Origin: an uncultured Chloroflexia bacterium
GTDB lineage: Bacteria > Chloroflexota > Chloroflexia > QHBQ01 > JADMIH01
Reading direction: 5' to 3'
Length of the DNA: 64,000 bases
NCBI GenBank assembly: GCA_963811305.1
Contig: CAWEQU010000008.1
Location: 68,539 to 132,538 of the forward strand
Below are positions 18,677 through 28,298 of this stretch, piece after piece. Numbering within the stretch: position 1 is the stretch's first letter; each line of letters begins with the position of its first letter. Position numbers and translations under genes: made by a program. Below the pieces are notes generated by a model. The model had not been told where the DNA came from. It searched no databases and saw only the letters and a program-made list of their open reading frames with translations.

Positions 18677-19654
18677 ATGGTACACATGTTAGAAAGGCCG
18701 GAGGTGAGCGCCTCTGATGCCTACGAGAACTCCAACGTCGCGGGCGAGGTGGAGCTACCCACCAACCGCCTGAACAGCACCAACCTGCAAGGCGCACCCA
18801 TAGATGCGGCGCGCTCCTCGGATGATCACCAAGAGGCAGATGAACCTGTCGTAGATTGGGTTCAAAGGCTCTCCAAGGCAAACCCGGTTACCGAGGTGTT
18901 CGTAGACGAGGAGCTGGGGGTGCAACCCGTGCCCTCCGGTATGAGGCATCACGAGACAGGCCCGGCGCGCATGGTCCCGGCGAAGAAATCGCTGGTGCCA
19001 AAGGGCTTGAAGCGGGGGTTGATAACCCTGTTGGTCGTTCTGATAATGGGAGGCTCGGTAGGCGTAGGTGTTTATGCCTTGATAGATAGTGGCTGGCTCG
19101 CTACTCTCTTCGCGCCGCAGGTCGCCACGACAACGACGCCGATAAATGGGCAGCAGCAAGTCCAGCCTCCGGTAAAGCAGGAGCCTACTATCGTACCACA
19201 GCCTGCCCTAACAGAAAGCGCAGAGCAGATGCGCGACAGGGGAATCGAGCAGTACAAACTCGGCAACTTCGAGGAAGCGATCAAGCTATTCGAGGGCGCG
19301 GTCAACGTCGGCACAAACGATGCGCGCACCTATTATCACATGGGCCTCGCGTACCTGGCCGTAGCCGGGCGAGAGCACTCGCTTGATGACGCCGAGCTGG
19401 CCTTCCGTACCGCAACGTCGCTTGAGCCTACCTGGGCCGCCGCTCACAGTATGCTCGCTGAGAGCCTGGTGAGGCGCGGCTATTATTCCGAAGCGATCAC
19501 ACCCGCTCTTGAAGCCACCCGCCTCGATCCAAACTCCGGCGAGGCATGGCTGACCCTCAGCAGGGCATACAAGGGCGCGGGACAGGAAGCCGAAGCTACG
19601 CGCGCATACGCGGAAGCCTCCCGCCGAGCGCCTGCCCCGCCGATGCAGCCGTAG
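18677..19654 (+). CDS. single-pass membrane TPR-repeat protein
   Basis: Central TM helix (LITLLVVLIMGGSVGVGVYALI) and a C-terminal TPR-like region (GNFEEAIKLFEGAV..ARTYYHMGLAYL..AEAWLTLSRAYKGAGQ). Confidence 0.75.
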   Translation: MVHMLERPEVSASDAYENSNVAGEVELPTNRLNSTNLQGAPIDAARSSDDHQEADEPVVDWVQRLSKANPVTEVFVDEELGVQPVPSGMRHHETGPARMVPAKKSLVPKGLKRGLITLLVVLIMGGSVGVGVYALIDSGWLATLFAPQVATTTTPINGQQQVQPPVKQEPTIVPQPALTESAEQMRDRGIEQYKLGNFEEAIKLFEGAVNVGTNDARTYYHMGLAYLAVAGREHSLDDAELAFRTATSLEPTWAAAHSMLAESLVRRGYYSEAITPALEATRLDPNSGEAWLTLSRAYKGAGQEAEATRAYAEASRRAPAPPMQP

Positions 19655-19655
19655 A

Positions 19656-19806
19656 GACGACGGACGACGGATGGCAGATTAAACGCAGAGACGCAAAGAC
19701 GCAGAGGATACACAGAGATTATTAAAGGTGTGCAGTAAACCATAATAATCTCTGTGTTATCTTTGTGCTCTCTGCGTCTCTGTGTTTAAATCGTCGTCTG
19801 TCGTCG
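19656..19806. repeat. ~150-bp imperfect palindrome built from GACGACG and CTCTGCG/CGCAGAG words
   Basis: The left arm (GACGACGGACGACGG..AAACGCAGAGACGCAAAGACGCAGAGGATACACAGAGATTATTA) is mirrored by the right arm ending ..CGTCGTCTGTCGTC. Confidence 0.8.
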
Positions 19807-19929
19807 CAGGTCAACATTCCCCAATTGTGTTATAATACCCCGCTTTTGCGCGGGCGTGTATCTGCCTGTGTTCCGCGCATTATTGATACCTTATTATTAA
19901 GTACGATGAACCGGCACTGGCCGGTAGGC

Positions 19930-20287
19930 ATGACCATGATAGGTCCCACCATCAGGAAGCTGCGACAGGAGCGCGAGCCTGAGCCAGGAGACACTCGCAG
20001 GCTCCGCTCAGGTCAGCAGCGGCTATCTCTCCAAGCTGGAGCGCGGCGTCTACAAGCAGCCCTCCTTTGAGGTCCTCAGCCGCATAGCCACCGCACTGCA
20101 AATACCCGTCGCTGAGCTGTACCGCGCGGCGGGGATCGAGCATTTGCTTGCAGAGGCGGATCCCACGCTTGAGCCTGTCCTGGAAGGGTACGCGAGCAGG
20201 CTGAGTGACCTGCCCAAGCGCGACCGCGACCTCATCATGGGCGAGATACACCGCATTATCCGGGAAGAAAGCGAGCCGCGCTCATGA
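19930..20287 (+). pseudogene. XRE-family HTH regulator, one apparent frameshift
   Basis: MTMIGPTIRKLRQERE, then after a +1 shift near 19978-19981, LSQETLAGSAQVSSGYLSKLERGVYKQPSFEVLSRIATALQIPVAELY. The stop overlaps the next start (ATGA). Confidence 0.75.
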
Positions 20288-20757
20288 GCACGCTATCCGA
20301 CGACATACTCGATACGCTCGATTATTTCATCCACCGCCACAGGCTACACACCCGCGTGCCGGTGGACCTGAGCCCTATACTTGAGCGGTTCGAGATACAT
20401 AAGCACAATTTCACGCCCATGACTATGGGCTTTACATTGATACGCGCCAAGCAGATGCACATCGGCATCAACAAGAACCTCGACCCAACGTGGCAGAGGA
20501 TGGCGCTGGCGCACGAAGCTGCCCACGTGATAGCCAACCAGCCCCACCAGCTATTCGTCTGCAAGACGAGGGACTGGTCGCGCCACCGGGACGAGCGCGA
20601 GGCCCAGCTAATCGCCGCGTGCCTTCTCGTGCCTTTGAGGGTAATAGAGGAGAGCTATAAAGTGGGGGCAGCGCCCCAGATAGGCAAGATGCTCAAGGTA
20701 CCGCCTGACCTGGTGGACCTGCGCTGGTCCTTCGCCCGCGTGCATGGGGACATTTGA
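20284..20757 (+). CDS. ImmA/IrrE-family (COG2856) metallopeptidase
   Basis: HEXXH motif (LAHEAAHVI) with a downstream ...EREAQLIAACLLVP, the typical DUF955 layout. Translationally coupled to the XRE gene. Confidence 0.8.
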   Translation: MSTLSDDILDTLDYFIHRHRLHTRVPVDLSPILERFEIHKHNFTPMTMGFTLIRAKQMHIGINKNLDPTWQRMALAHEAAHVIANQPHQLFVCKTRDWSRHRDEREAQLIAACLLVPLRVIEESYKVGAAPQIGKMLKVPPDLVDLRWSFARVHGDI

Positions 20758-20759
20758 TG

Positions 20760-20801
20760 GACGATAGACGATAGACGATAGACGATAGACGATAGACGAT
20801 A
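20760..20801. repeat. heptamer array (GACGATA)x6
   Basis: Fills the whole gap between the ImmA stop (20755-20757) and the Nudix ATG (20804). Confidence 0.9.
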
Positions 20802-20803
20802 AA

Positions 20804-21235
20804 ATGAGATGGAAGAAGGTTGTTGCCTATATTGTGCGCGAGGTGGAGGGGAAGCGGCAGTTGCTCGTCTTTACGCACAGGGACTACCCGGAGGCGGGAT
20901 TACAAGTCCCGGCTGGTACGGTTGATGAGGGGGAGAAGATAGAAGAGGCTTTGAGGAGGGAAGTCATAGAGGAGACGGGGCTGGGCGATTTCAGGGTTGT
21001 GCGGGAAATCGCCACTTATGAATGGATACATCCGATTTCGGGGAACGTGCATGAGAGGCACGTGTTCCTATTGATTGGCCCCCAGGACGCACCTGAGAGG
21101 TGGGAGTGGATCGAGACGAGCGGAGGCGCGGTTCCAGATCATGAGGGATATGTCTTCTGTTATTACTGGGCCGATCTGGATGGTGAGATAGAGCTTGCGG
21201 GGAACTTCGGAGATTATCTGCACGCCATATGGTAG
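20804..21235 (+). CDS. NUDIX hydrolase
   Basis: Nudix box GLQVPAGTVDEGEKIEEALRREVIEETGL (GX5EX7REUXEEXGU). Confidence 0.88.
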   Translation: MRWKKVVAYIVREVEGKRQLLVFTHRDYPEAGLQVPAGTVDEGEKIEEALRREVIEETGLGDFRVVREIATYEWIHPISGNVHERHVFLLIGPQDAPERWEWIETSGGAVPDHEGYVFCYYWADLDGEIELAGNFGDYLHAIW

Positions 21236-21239
21236 TCAC

Positions 21240-21261
21240 GGGGCACGGCGCGCCGTGCCCC
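21240..21261. terminator. GC-rich perfect palindrome GGGGCACGGCG/CGCCGTGCCCC between convergent genes
   Basis: 11-bp arms read directly, followed by TACAT as at 30672-30699. Confidence 0.6.
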
Positions 21262-21957
21262 TACATCATGTCATCCCCTCCCACAGCTTTCGCCACCGTC
21301 ACAGCGTAGACTTGTGTTGCACCTGCGGATTTCAGCGTGGCAGCGCATTGGGAGAGGGTCGCACCTGTGGTGCAAACGTCGTCCACCAGGAGGATAGGCG
21401 AGTTGACCTCGCCGCCCTCCCACGAGAACGCCTCGGCTACGTTGCGCTGGCGCTCCTCGAGCTGAGAGGCCGACCTGGGGCTGGGTCTCCTTGATGCGTA
21501 CTAAACCAGATTGTATGGGCCAGCCGGTGAGGCGGGAAAGCTCACGGGCGAGCAGGGCGCTCTGGTTGTAGCCGCGTACTCGCTCCTTGTGGCTGTGCAG
21601 AGGCACTGGCATCAGCATGGGCGGGTTGCCGTCGAGGACTGACCAGGGGTCGTCACGTGATAGGGCCTCCGATAAGAGACGGGCAAGTGGCTTGCAGAGG
21701 GGCGTGTCGCTGTAGTACTTTAGCTTGTGGACGGCCTCACGCAGAGGTCCTTTGAATAGCCCTGCGCTGGCAAATGCATCGATACTTTCCACCTGTGCGT
21801 CGAGATAGGGAGATTTTACTCGTGAGTAGCAATCATCGCACAGGAGCGTGCCGCGTCTATCACACCCGCCGCAACGAGGCGGGTACAGCAGGTCGAGCAA
21901 CCGCTCCCACGTAAAGGAAGCAACTCTATGAACTGTACTGGTGGACCTTCTTTCCAT
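21261..21957 (-). pseudogene. comF: ComF-family phosphoribosyltransferase-like protein, one apparent frameshift
   Basis: N-terminal zinc-finger part (LLYPPRCGGCDRRGTLLCDDCYSRV). The PRTase tail (ILLVDDVCTTGATLSQCAATLKSAGATQVYAVTVAKA) is only readable after a shift near 21465-21475. Start is uncertain (21957 or 22026). Confidence 0.72.
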
Positions 21958-23122
21958 CGATATAGACCTGCTCGGCGCGCTGGTAGATGTCGAGAGGATC
22001 TCCGGACCAGACGACGAGGTCAGCATCTTTGCCGGGGGCGATAGAGCCTATGCGGTCGGCTACGCCCATTATCTCGGCAGGGTTGATAGTCACCGTTCGT
22101 AGCGCGACATCGCGCTCCAGCCCTTCCTTCACCGCCATCACGAGGGCCAGGTGGAGATATTGCACGGCTACCACCCAGTGATCAGTGGTGATCGCTACCT
22201 TCACGCCCGCTTTCGTGAGTATACCGGGCGTGACGAGCGAGCGGTTCTTTAGCTCGACTTTGTATTTCGAGCTAAGGGTGGGGCCGACTACTGCCGGGAT
22301 GTTGCGCTTCACAAGCTCGTCCGCGATCAGGTGCGCTTCGGTGGCGTGGTCTAGCACCATGTCGAAGTCGAACTCGTCTCGGATGCGCAGGGCAGTAAGG
22401 ATGTCGTCGCTACGGTGGGCGTGCCATCGCATAGGTATCTCCCGACGCAACACCATACCGATTACCTCCATTTTCAGGTCGCGCTCGAACGGCTTGGTGG
22501 GGTCGTTCGCCAGCTCGTGGGCATCGCGCTTCTGAAGGTAATTGGAGGCTTTTATGAGGTTCTCGCGCATGAGGGCTGCTACACCCATGCGAGTGGTGGG
22601 CATTTTCTTGCTATCGCCGCCTCCCCGCTTGGGGTTCTCGCCCATAGCGGCTTTGAGGCCGGTGGGGTGGCGAACTACCATGTTGTCTATCCGCAAGCCA
22701 TACGTCTTGAGGAGCACGGCCAGCCCGCCTATGACGTTGCCGCTCCCAGGCATGACGTTGACTGCGGTGATACCTGCCGCACGGGCGTCGGCGAAGGCGA
22801 TGTCCTCTGGATACGTGGCGTCAATAGCTCGGACCTGGGGCGTCACAGGGTCGGCGCTCTCGTTTGTGTCGGCACCTTCCCTGCCAACCGCCAGCTCACC
22901 TATACCTACGTGCGTGTGCGCATCTATGAAGCCAGGGGTAATCACCTTGCCGGTGGCGTCTATTATCTCTGCTCCGTCCGGAATCGTGACTTCCGACCCC
23001 GGCCCGGCGGCGCTGATCTTGCCGTCGTCTCCAATCAGGACCGTGCCTCGGTCCCACACAATGTCCCGACCATTGGCGTCAGGTGTCATGGACATTACAC
23101 GTCCACCTTTTATAGCAATCAC
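21926..23122 (-). CDS. amidohydrolase-family metallohydrolase
   Basis: VITPGFIDAHTHVGI (HxH metal motif), 398 aa, with the later HAH and TDH motifs typical of the amidohydrolase superfamily. Confidence 0.85.
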   Translation of the reverse strand: MIAIKGGRVMSMTPDANGRDIVWDRGTVLIGDDGKISAAGPGSEVTIPDGAEIIDATGKVITPGFIDAHTHVGIGELAVGREGADTNESADPVTPQVRAIDATYPEDIAFADARAAGITAVNVMPGSGNVIGGLAVLLKTYGLRIDNMVVRHPTGLKAAMGENPKRGGGDSKKMPTTRMGVAALMRENLIKASNYLQKRDAHELANDPTKPFERDLKMEVIGMVLRREIPMRWHAHRSDDILTALRIRDEFDFDMVLDHATEAHLIADELVKRNIPAVVGPTLSSKYKVELKNRSLVTPGILTKAGVKVAITTDHWVVAVQYLHLALVMAVKEGLERDVALRTVTINPAEIMGVADRIGSIAPGKDADLVVWSGDPLDIYQRAEQVYIDGKKVHQYSS

Positions 23123-23211
23123 TATTTAGCCCCCTTTCGTGCTTGAATAGTGTGTTGTACCACTCTCTTGTGAGCCTGTCAAAGAGCGATTGGGCAGCCA
23201 CAATATTGGAC

Positions 23212-23383
23212 GGAACCGCCAAGACGCCAAGAACGCCAAGTAAACGCCAAGATTTTAAGGGTAGGGCTTAGTAGTGGATTACTAGGGTGCCAGCCACGCA
23301 AGAAGAGGCAGATCATTGGAAAGCCATTTAATCCTTTCTATATCTTGATGGTTTCTTGGCGCTCTTGGCCTCTTAGCGGTTCC
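23212..23383. repeat. MITE-like element with ~45-bp imperfect terminal inverted repeats made of GCCAAGAC octamer words
   Basis: GGAACCGCCAAGACGCCAAGAACGCCAAGTAAACGCCAAGAT ... ATCTTGATGGTTTCTTGGCGCTCTTGGCCTCTTAGCGGTTCC. The left arm recurs at 59356-59393. Confidence 0.75.
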
Positions 23384-23568
23384 GTATAATAACCCACCAG
23401 CCAGGGCACAGGTTATGCTATAGCGAGCATTACGTAAAGTTACCCCCTTCGGGGTATTCATACTAACCAACATACAGGGTATACTCATCCTACCCCGACC
23501 AAAGAGCAAGAGAAGGCTGCGTAGCTCAAGGTCCGACGTCACAGCCCCTGACCAATAGAGGACTTACT

Positions 23569-24957
23569 ATGACTACAACTCAAACTAAGAAAGGCGTGAA
23601 CCATCAACAAGCGCCTTCCCTTCCTGGGGACCCTGTGCTCCGCTCTCTCCATGAAGCTGAAGAGGAATACAAAGAGTTTCGTGCCCTGTGGGATGAGCAA
23701 TCGTCAGAGCTTGAGGCGACGAGCGAAAAGCTGACTCGCGAAGAGGCAGCAGGCAAGCGATTAGCAGCGCAGCTGGAAAGTGCTAAGAAGCACCTGGACG
23801 AGGAGAAGAAACGGGCCGAGAGGGAGCGGAAGCGCACTAAAGAGCTGACCACCTGCCTCAAAGACGTGCACCGCGCGTTGTTCGATGGCAACATCTACAG
23901 CCTCATACTGAAGGCGTGTCTGACGGCCACCGGCGCGACGCGAGGTCTCTATATGACCGCCAGGGGGAGCGCCGATTTTCTCAAGATCAGGGCTGCCGTA
24001 GATATAAACGGCTATCCAGCAGCGCCCCCCTCCGACTTCATCAAGGCGCTCTGCTACAAGGCTCTGGAGGAGAAAGATACGGTGGTGTGCACGCGGGATG
24101 ACCTGTCCGACCTGCCTAACCCTTCCAATCCCAGCGAGCACTTTCAGAACTGCGCGGTCGCGCCCGTCGTACTGATGAAGAATTTCGATGGCATAGTGAT
24201 AGTCGCGGACAAGATAAGCGGCGATTTCAATGAAGAAGATGTAGAGATACTGCTGAGCGTGGGGGACCAGGCGTCGGTAGCCGTCGAGAATGCGCGCCTG
24301 CAACGGGAGCTACAGAGTGCGTATCTCGCCACCGTGAGCATGTTGGCCGACGTGGTAGAGGCTAAGGACCCGTATACGCATGGGCACTGTGAGATGGTGT
24401 CGCGCTACGCACGCCTGACCGCCGAGCAGTTAGCCCTCAAGGACTACGAGAGGAGCCTGGTCTGCTATGGGGCACTATTGCACGACGTTGGCAAAATCTG
24501 CGTGAGCGATGGGGTATTGAATAAGCCCGGCCCGCTCCTGCCCGAAGAGCGCGAGCTAATGCGTGCTCACGTCCGCGTGGGGCACGACTTCCTTGCCAGG
24601 GTTCCCGCCTTACAGACGGTAGCCAACGTCGTGCTGCACCATCACGAATGGTATGACGGCTCAGGCTACCCGGAGGGTCTGAAAGGAGAGGAGATACCCA
24701 TCGCGGCACGCATCGTCTGCGTGGTAGACGCCTACTGCGCCATGATTACCAAGAGGAGCTACAAAGACGCATACAGCGACCAGCGCGCCCGCGACGAGCT
24801 ACACAGGTGCGCCGGTACGCAGTTCGATGCGAAGGTGGTGGAGGCATTCATCAAGGTGCTCGACATGCCGGAAGCCAATGACGAGGATGAGGACTACGAC
24901 GCCGAGTGTGGCGTGCTCCCAGGGTTCGGCCAGTTACGCGAGCTGCAATACGCCTGA
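23569..24957 (+). CDS. HD-GYP domain c-di-GMP phosphodiesterase-like protein with coiled-coil and GAF-like N-terminus
   Basis: HD motif (ALLHDVGKI) and HHEWYDGSGYPEGLKGEEIP (GYP). The N-terminus is charged and coiled-coil (EEKKRAERERKRTKE). Confidence 0.85.
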   Translation: MTTTQTKKGVNHQQAPSLPGDPVLRSLHEAEEEYKEFRALWDEQSSELEATSEKLTREEAAGKRLAAQLESAKKHLDEEKKRAERERKRTKELTTCLKDVHRALFDGNIYSLILKACLTATGATRGLYMTARGSADFLKIRAAVDINGYPAAPPSDFIKALCYKALEEKDTVVCTRDDLSDLPNPSNPSEHFQNCAVAPVVLMKNFDGIVIVADKISGDFNEEDVEILLSVGDQASVAVENARLQRELQSAYLATVSMLADVVEAKDPYTHGHCEMVSRYARLTAEQLALKDYERSLVCYGALLHDVGKICVSDGVLNKPGPLLPEERELMRAHVRVGHDFLARVPALQTVANVVLHHHEWYDGSGYPEGLKGEEIPIAARIVCVVDAYCAMITKRSYKDAYSDQRARDELHRCAGTQFDAKVVEAFIKVLDMPEANDEDEDYDAECGVLPGFGQLRELQYA

Positions 24958-24972
24958 TCAATCAGTGCCTCC

Positions 24973-25009
24973 CATGAAAAATCGGGGCCTAGCGCCCCGA
25001 TTTTTCATG
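24973..25009 (+). terminator. 16-bp stem terminator hairpin
   Basis: CATGAAAAATCGGGGC ctagc GCCCCGATTTTTCATG, directly after the HD-GYP stop codon. Confidence 0.7.
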
Positions 25010-25325
25010 AGAAACGATATCAGGACTTACGCAAGTATACGCATCCATCGAGGAGTGGGCAGCGAACTATCGTCCGGCGTCCATCGTCTATCGTCTGCGC
25101 AAGCCCTTAAATATTAGAATTAGCGGTGTGCTTGAAACTCGATACCCTCCCGCTCATGCCTGAGACTCTTATCAACATCCGCCGTTGAGCATGATATATG
25201 GATATATGTTGGAAAAACCCTTGTGCCAATTCGGACGCACGTGGCACAGCCACCTATAGAATTGTACAAAGTCGAGCTTAGTCAAGCATTAATCGCCACG
25301 TATGTTGGCCTAATTGTATTTCTGA

Positions 25326-26678
25326 TCAAGCGTGCTCCCCTCCTCTGATCTTAGTTATTTGATCCAATAGGCAACGTACGGCAGGTGGGCTGAGCTTTTT
25401 GGGACCATCATACGAGATATGAAAGCAAACGATATTACTTGCCACCCCGCCCAAAGGAAACCAGCCAAAAAAGAATTCCCTCTCGTCAATGACAATGGCT
25501 TTGATCGTAGGCGTGAACTTGTACTTATAAAGAGACACTTTGACGTTCCCGATAGCATGATCAGCGAACTGATCACAAGCTGAATCATAGCGTCTCTTAT
25601 AACTTAACTTCGGCTTCTTTTGCGTGATGCGCGGATCATTTTCTTCCCCTTCAAACACATAACCAGCATCCCTAAGGCGTTGAGCACCAAAGTTCGTACT
25701 AGGATCGAGCATGTATATATCTAATGTGAGGGTGCTCGCTTACATTTACACAGGCATCTCTCACAGGATCGAGTATATCTACCGGATTTGTAACCCAGCT
25801 ATCAATCACTGATATTGAGCGCGTCGCTTTTCTTAGGGCGTCTTGGATTGATGGATCATGCCAATTCTTGTAAACCACAGGATAAGGTCTATTAGGCTTC
25901 TGATCAGGCCTTGACGAATTATACGATAGGTTTTCAAACGTGTTATTGAACCAGTACTGCAATTCAGTTAGCAACTGCCTCTGATACGTACTCTTCTCAC
26001 TTAAAATGTAGAATTGTGAATGATCTGGCACATTGTACGGCTTTTCCCCTTCTAGATGTTGGAATAGGCATAGCAAGCCAGTATGCCCGTTTACTATCAC
26101 AAGAATAAACGGCGGTAAGAAGTCATAATAATGAATCTGATGCTTTTTGATGAATTCATTTCGGGAGATGAGTATTTCCAAGCTCGCCTTGGTCCTATGT
26201 TTTATCCATATTTGGGAGGTGGGATTACGTGGAAATTCGTAGATTAGATTTCTCGTTGGGGTCACGAACCAATAGACGTAAGTCATATATTTGTGTCTTC
26301 AGGTTTCGAATTGCTGTCCCCACAAGTGCTGAGGTAGAGCCAAAAACGTCTAGGGTTAGTATGACTTTCTCACCTTCAAATAATCTACCCAAGGCTTCCT
26401 GCAAGTGATCAAAAGACTGCTTCTGATTATTTGTATCGTGTTGTTGACTAGCTGAGATTGAAGCCACTAGATTACCTATAGCTACGGCAGTTAGTACAGT
26501 AAGTATCGCTTGGTTATATTCTGTCGGATTCGATGTTCACGATACTTCGCACGCCCAAGAGAGCCGCTACGAACAGAGTTACTATTGTGAGCAGGTGCTC
26601 TATTTTGGTAGCACGCCTTAGGAATTCCTTGAGTCCCAACCAAAGTGATTTCCAAAGCGGAGTACCTTTCGAGTTCAT
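25326..26678 (-). pseudogene. decayed hypothetical gene (2 TM helices + two weakly similar domains) in cassette cargo
   Basis: Pieces lie in three frames: a 51-aa ORF from ATG 26678 (LLTIVTLFVAALLGV), then 26225-26467, 25699-26286 and 25326-25712. The last two fuse in frame if a 64-nt segment bounded by the 9-bp direct repeat AGGATCGAG is removed. Confidence 0.5.
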
Positions 26679-27203
26679 TCAAGCCTCCAATCTCAGCCCA
26701 TAGTGATGACCTTGCAATAGATCGAGCTGCTCAGGTTGAGCAGTTGATGCCATGTTGATTATTCCCATCACATCCGCCGGGTTCCTAGACACTGCCCACC
26801 TCCACACGCCGAAGCCGCCATGCCCATTGACGGCGCGCACCCATTCGTCAAGGGACGTGCGCTTAGTTTGGTTCTGTTGGTTATCCTGGCCTTTGACTTC
26901 AAGCACCAGATGGGAGCCGTCGGTAAGGCAGATGATGAAGTCGGGGATGTATTTCTTGATTAGTCCTTTCCAAACATAGATTATCTCGAAGCCTAGATGC
27001 TCATTCTTTACCCAGGCTTCAACATTGGGATTGCGGTCTAGCTCGAAGGCTTCGCTGGCCTCCCAGGTGCTATCGAAGATACAGAAGTTGATATGCGATC
27101 TCTTCGTGTATTCACACGCATCGCCGCTATACCAAGTGGGCATATCGCCTATGAAGCGAATGGGGTGCTCTATGACGAAGATGTAGAGGCGAAGTCTGGG
27201 CAT
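26679..27203 (-). pseudogene. C-terminal PD-(D/E)xK nuclease fragment of a type III Res-like helicase-nuclease
   Basis: HINFCIFDSTWEASEAFELDRNPNVEAWVKNEHLGFEIIYVWKGLIKKYIPDFIICL..LVLEVKG..WVRAVNGHGGFGVWRW matches the conserved tail of restriction-type helicases (from memory). There is no helicase part upstream. Confidence 0.6.
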
Positions 27204-27281
27204 AGACGTATATCCTTAAATGATAGGGAGTAATATGGCAATAGTATATCACAAAATCAGCAAATGTATTATGGTTAGGGC

Positions 27282-28298
27282 TTACGCAAGAAGCATAGTG
27301 ATGGCAGGGTTTCTGAGTTGAGCAACAAGATAGTCATGCAGCAAGCCATGCTTGAGTTGATAGACATTTCGCTTGGTCTGGTAAGTCAAGGTCTTGAGCC
27401 TGCTCCACACCAGCAGAGCACACACTATGTGGTTGCGTTGGATGCGAGCTTTGCGACACTGGCAATCCTCAAGACCCGTCAGTTGCTTGGCTTCTCAGTG
27501 AAACTCTTCAATCTTCCAGCGCAAGGCACTCGCCTCTTGAGCACCCTGCGTAGAGGATTGAGACAGATCGTTGGTCACGACCCATTCCGTGCGGTGGGTG
27601 GACACCTCAACTCGGAACAGTTTCACTTTGAAATCGCCTGGGAACCCTCTGACCTTGACCAGCTTGCCCCTCGCCAACTCCGCTTGGCTCCAACTCAACG
27701 CTTCGATGCGTCGGTACGGCTTCTCTCCACTGCTCTCGTCAACAAGACGGTTGCTCTTCAGGGGGCAGTAGAAAATCTTGCCCATTCCGGCGATTTGCAG
27801 CATAACTTCTTTGACGGCGTACCAAGCGTCCATGAGCACCGTGTGGAAAGGGAGCTTACGATTACGATGCCCTGCCATCGAAAGCATCTCTCGCACATGG
27901 TCCAACTTGCTTTTGCCATCGGTGTTAGGATCGAAGATACGGTAGTCAATCACCCAGAACTGCTCCGTATGAGGGTTGACGTACACGCAAGACACCAACC
28001 CTATCCCTCAGATTACACTCTTTTGGTTGCCGCTCCACTGCCGACGCACCATCTCAATGTGAGGTCCGAAGCTATGCTCCAGCACTGTATCATCAAAGAC
28101 CAGGCAGGCTTGCGGGTCAAGTGCCAACAGCGGCTGCACCTGTTCCTACAACAGGCGAGGCGAAAGCTTCTCTCCAAGCAGGTAACGATTGATGGTGTCA
28201 TGGCTGAAGCTTTGCAAATGCTCGGCCATGTGCGTCAGCATGTAGTTGATCTGACTGCTCAGCAGAAACTGGCAGTAGTCGAGTTTGCTAAGGCTCAT
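27282..28298 (-). pseudogene. IS701/IS4-like DDE transposase with three in-frame stop codons
   Basis: A single frame reads MSLSKLDYCQFLL...CLVFDDTVLEH...VLMDAWY...RWKIEEFH*EAKQLTGLEDCQCRKARIQRNH. Stops are TAG (LL*EQ), TGA (VI*GIG) and TGA (FH*EA). No frameshift is present. Confidence 0.8.

Noticed and set aside
19930-21957. Prophage or ICE remnant, suggested by XRE-ImmA, Nudix and comF.
   Set aside because: No integrase, att-like repeats, structural or replication genes are present, and the GC content does not differ from the flanks.
23282-23542. 86-aa minus-strand ORF in the amidohydrolase/HD-GYP intergenic region.
   Set aside because: It overlaps the MITE-like word element, has no Shine-Dalgarno sequence, and has implausible composition.
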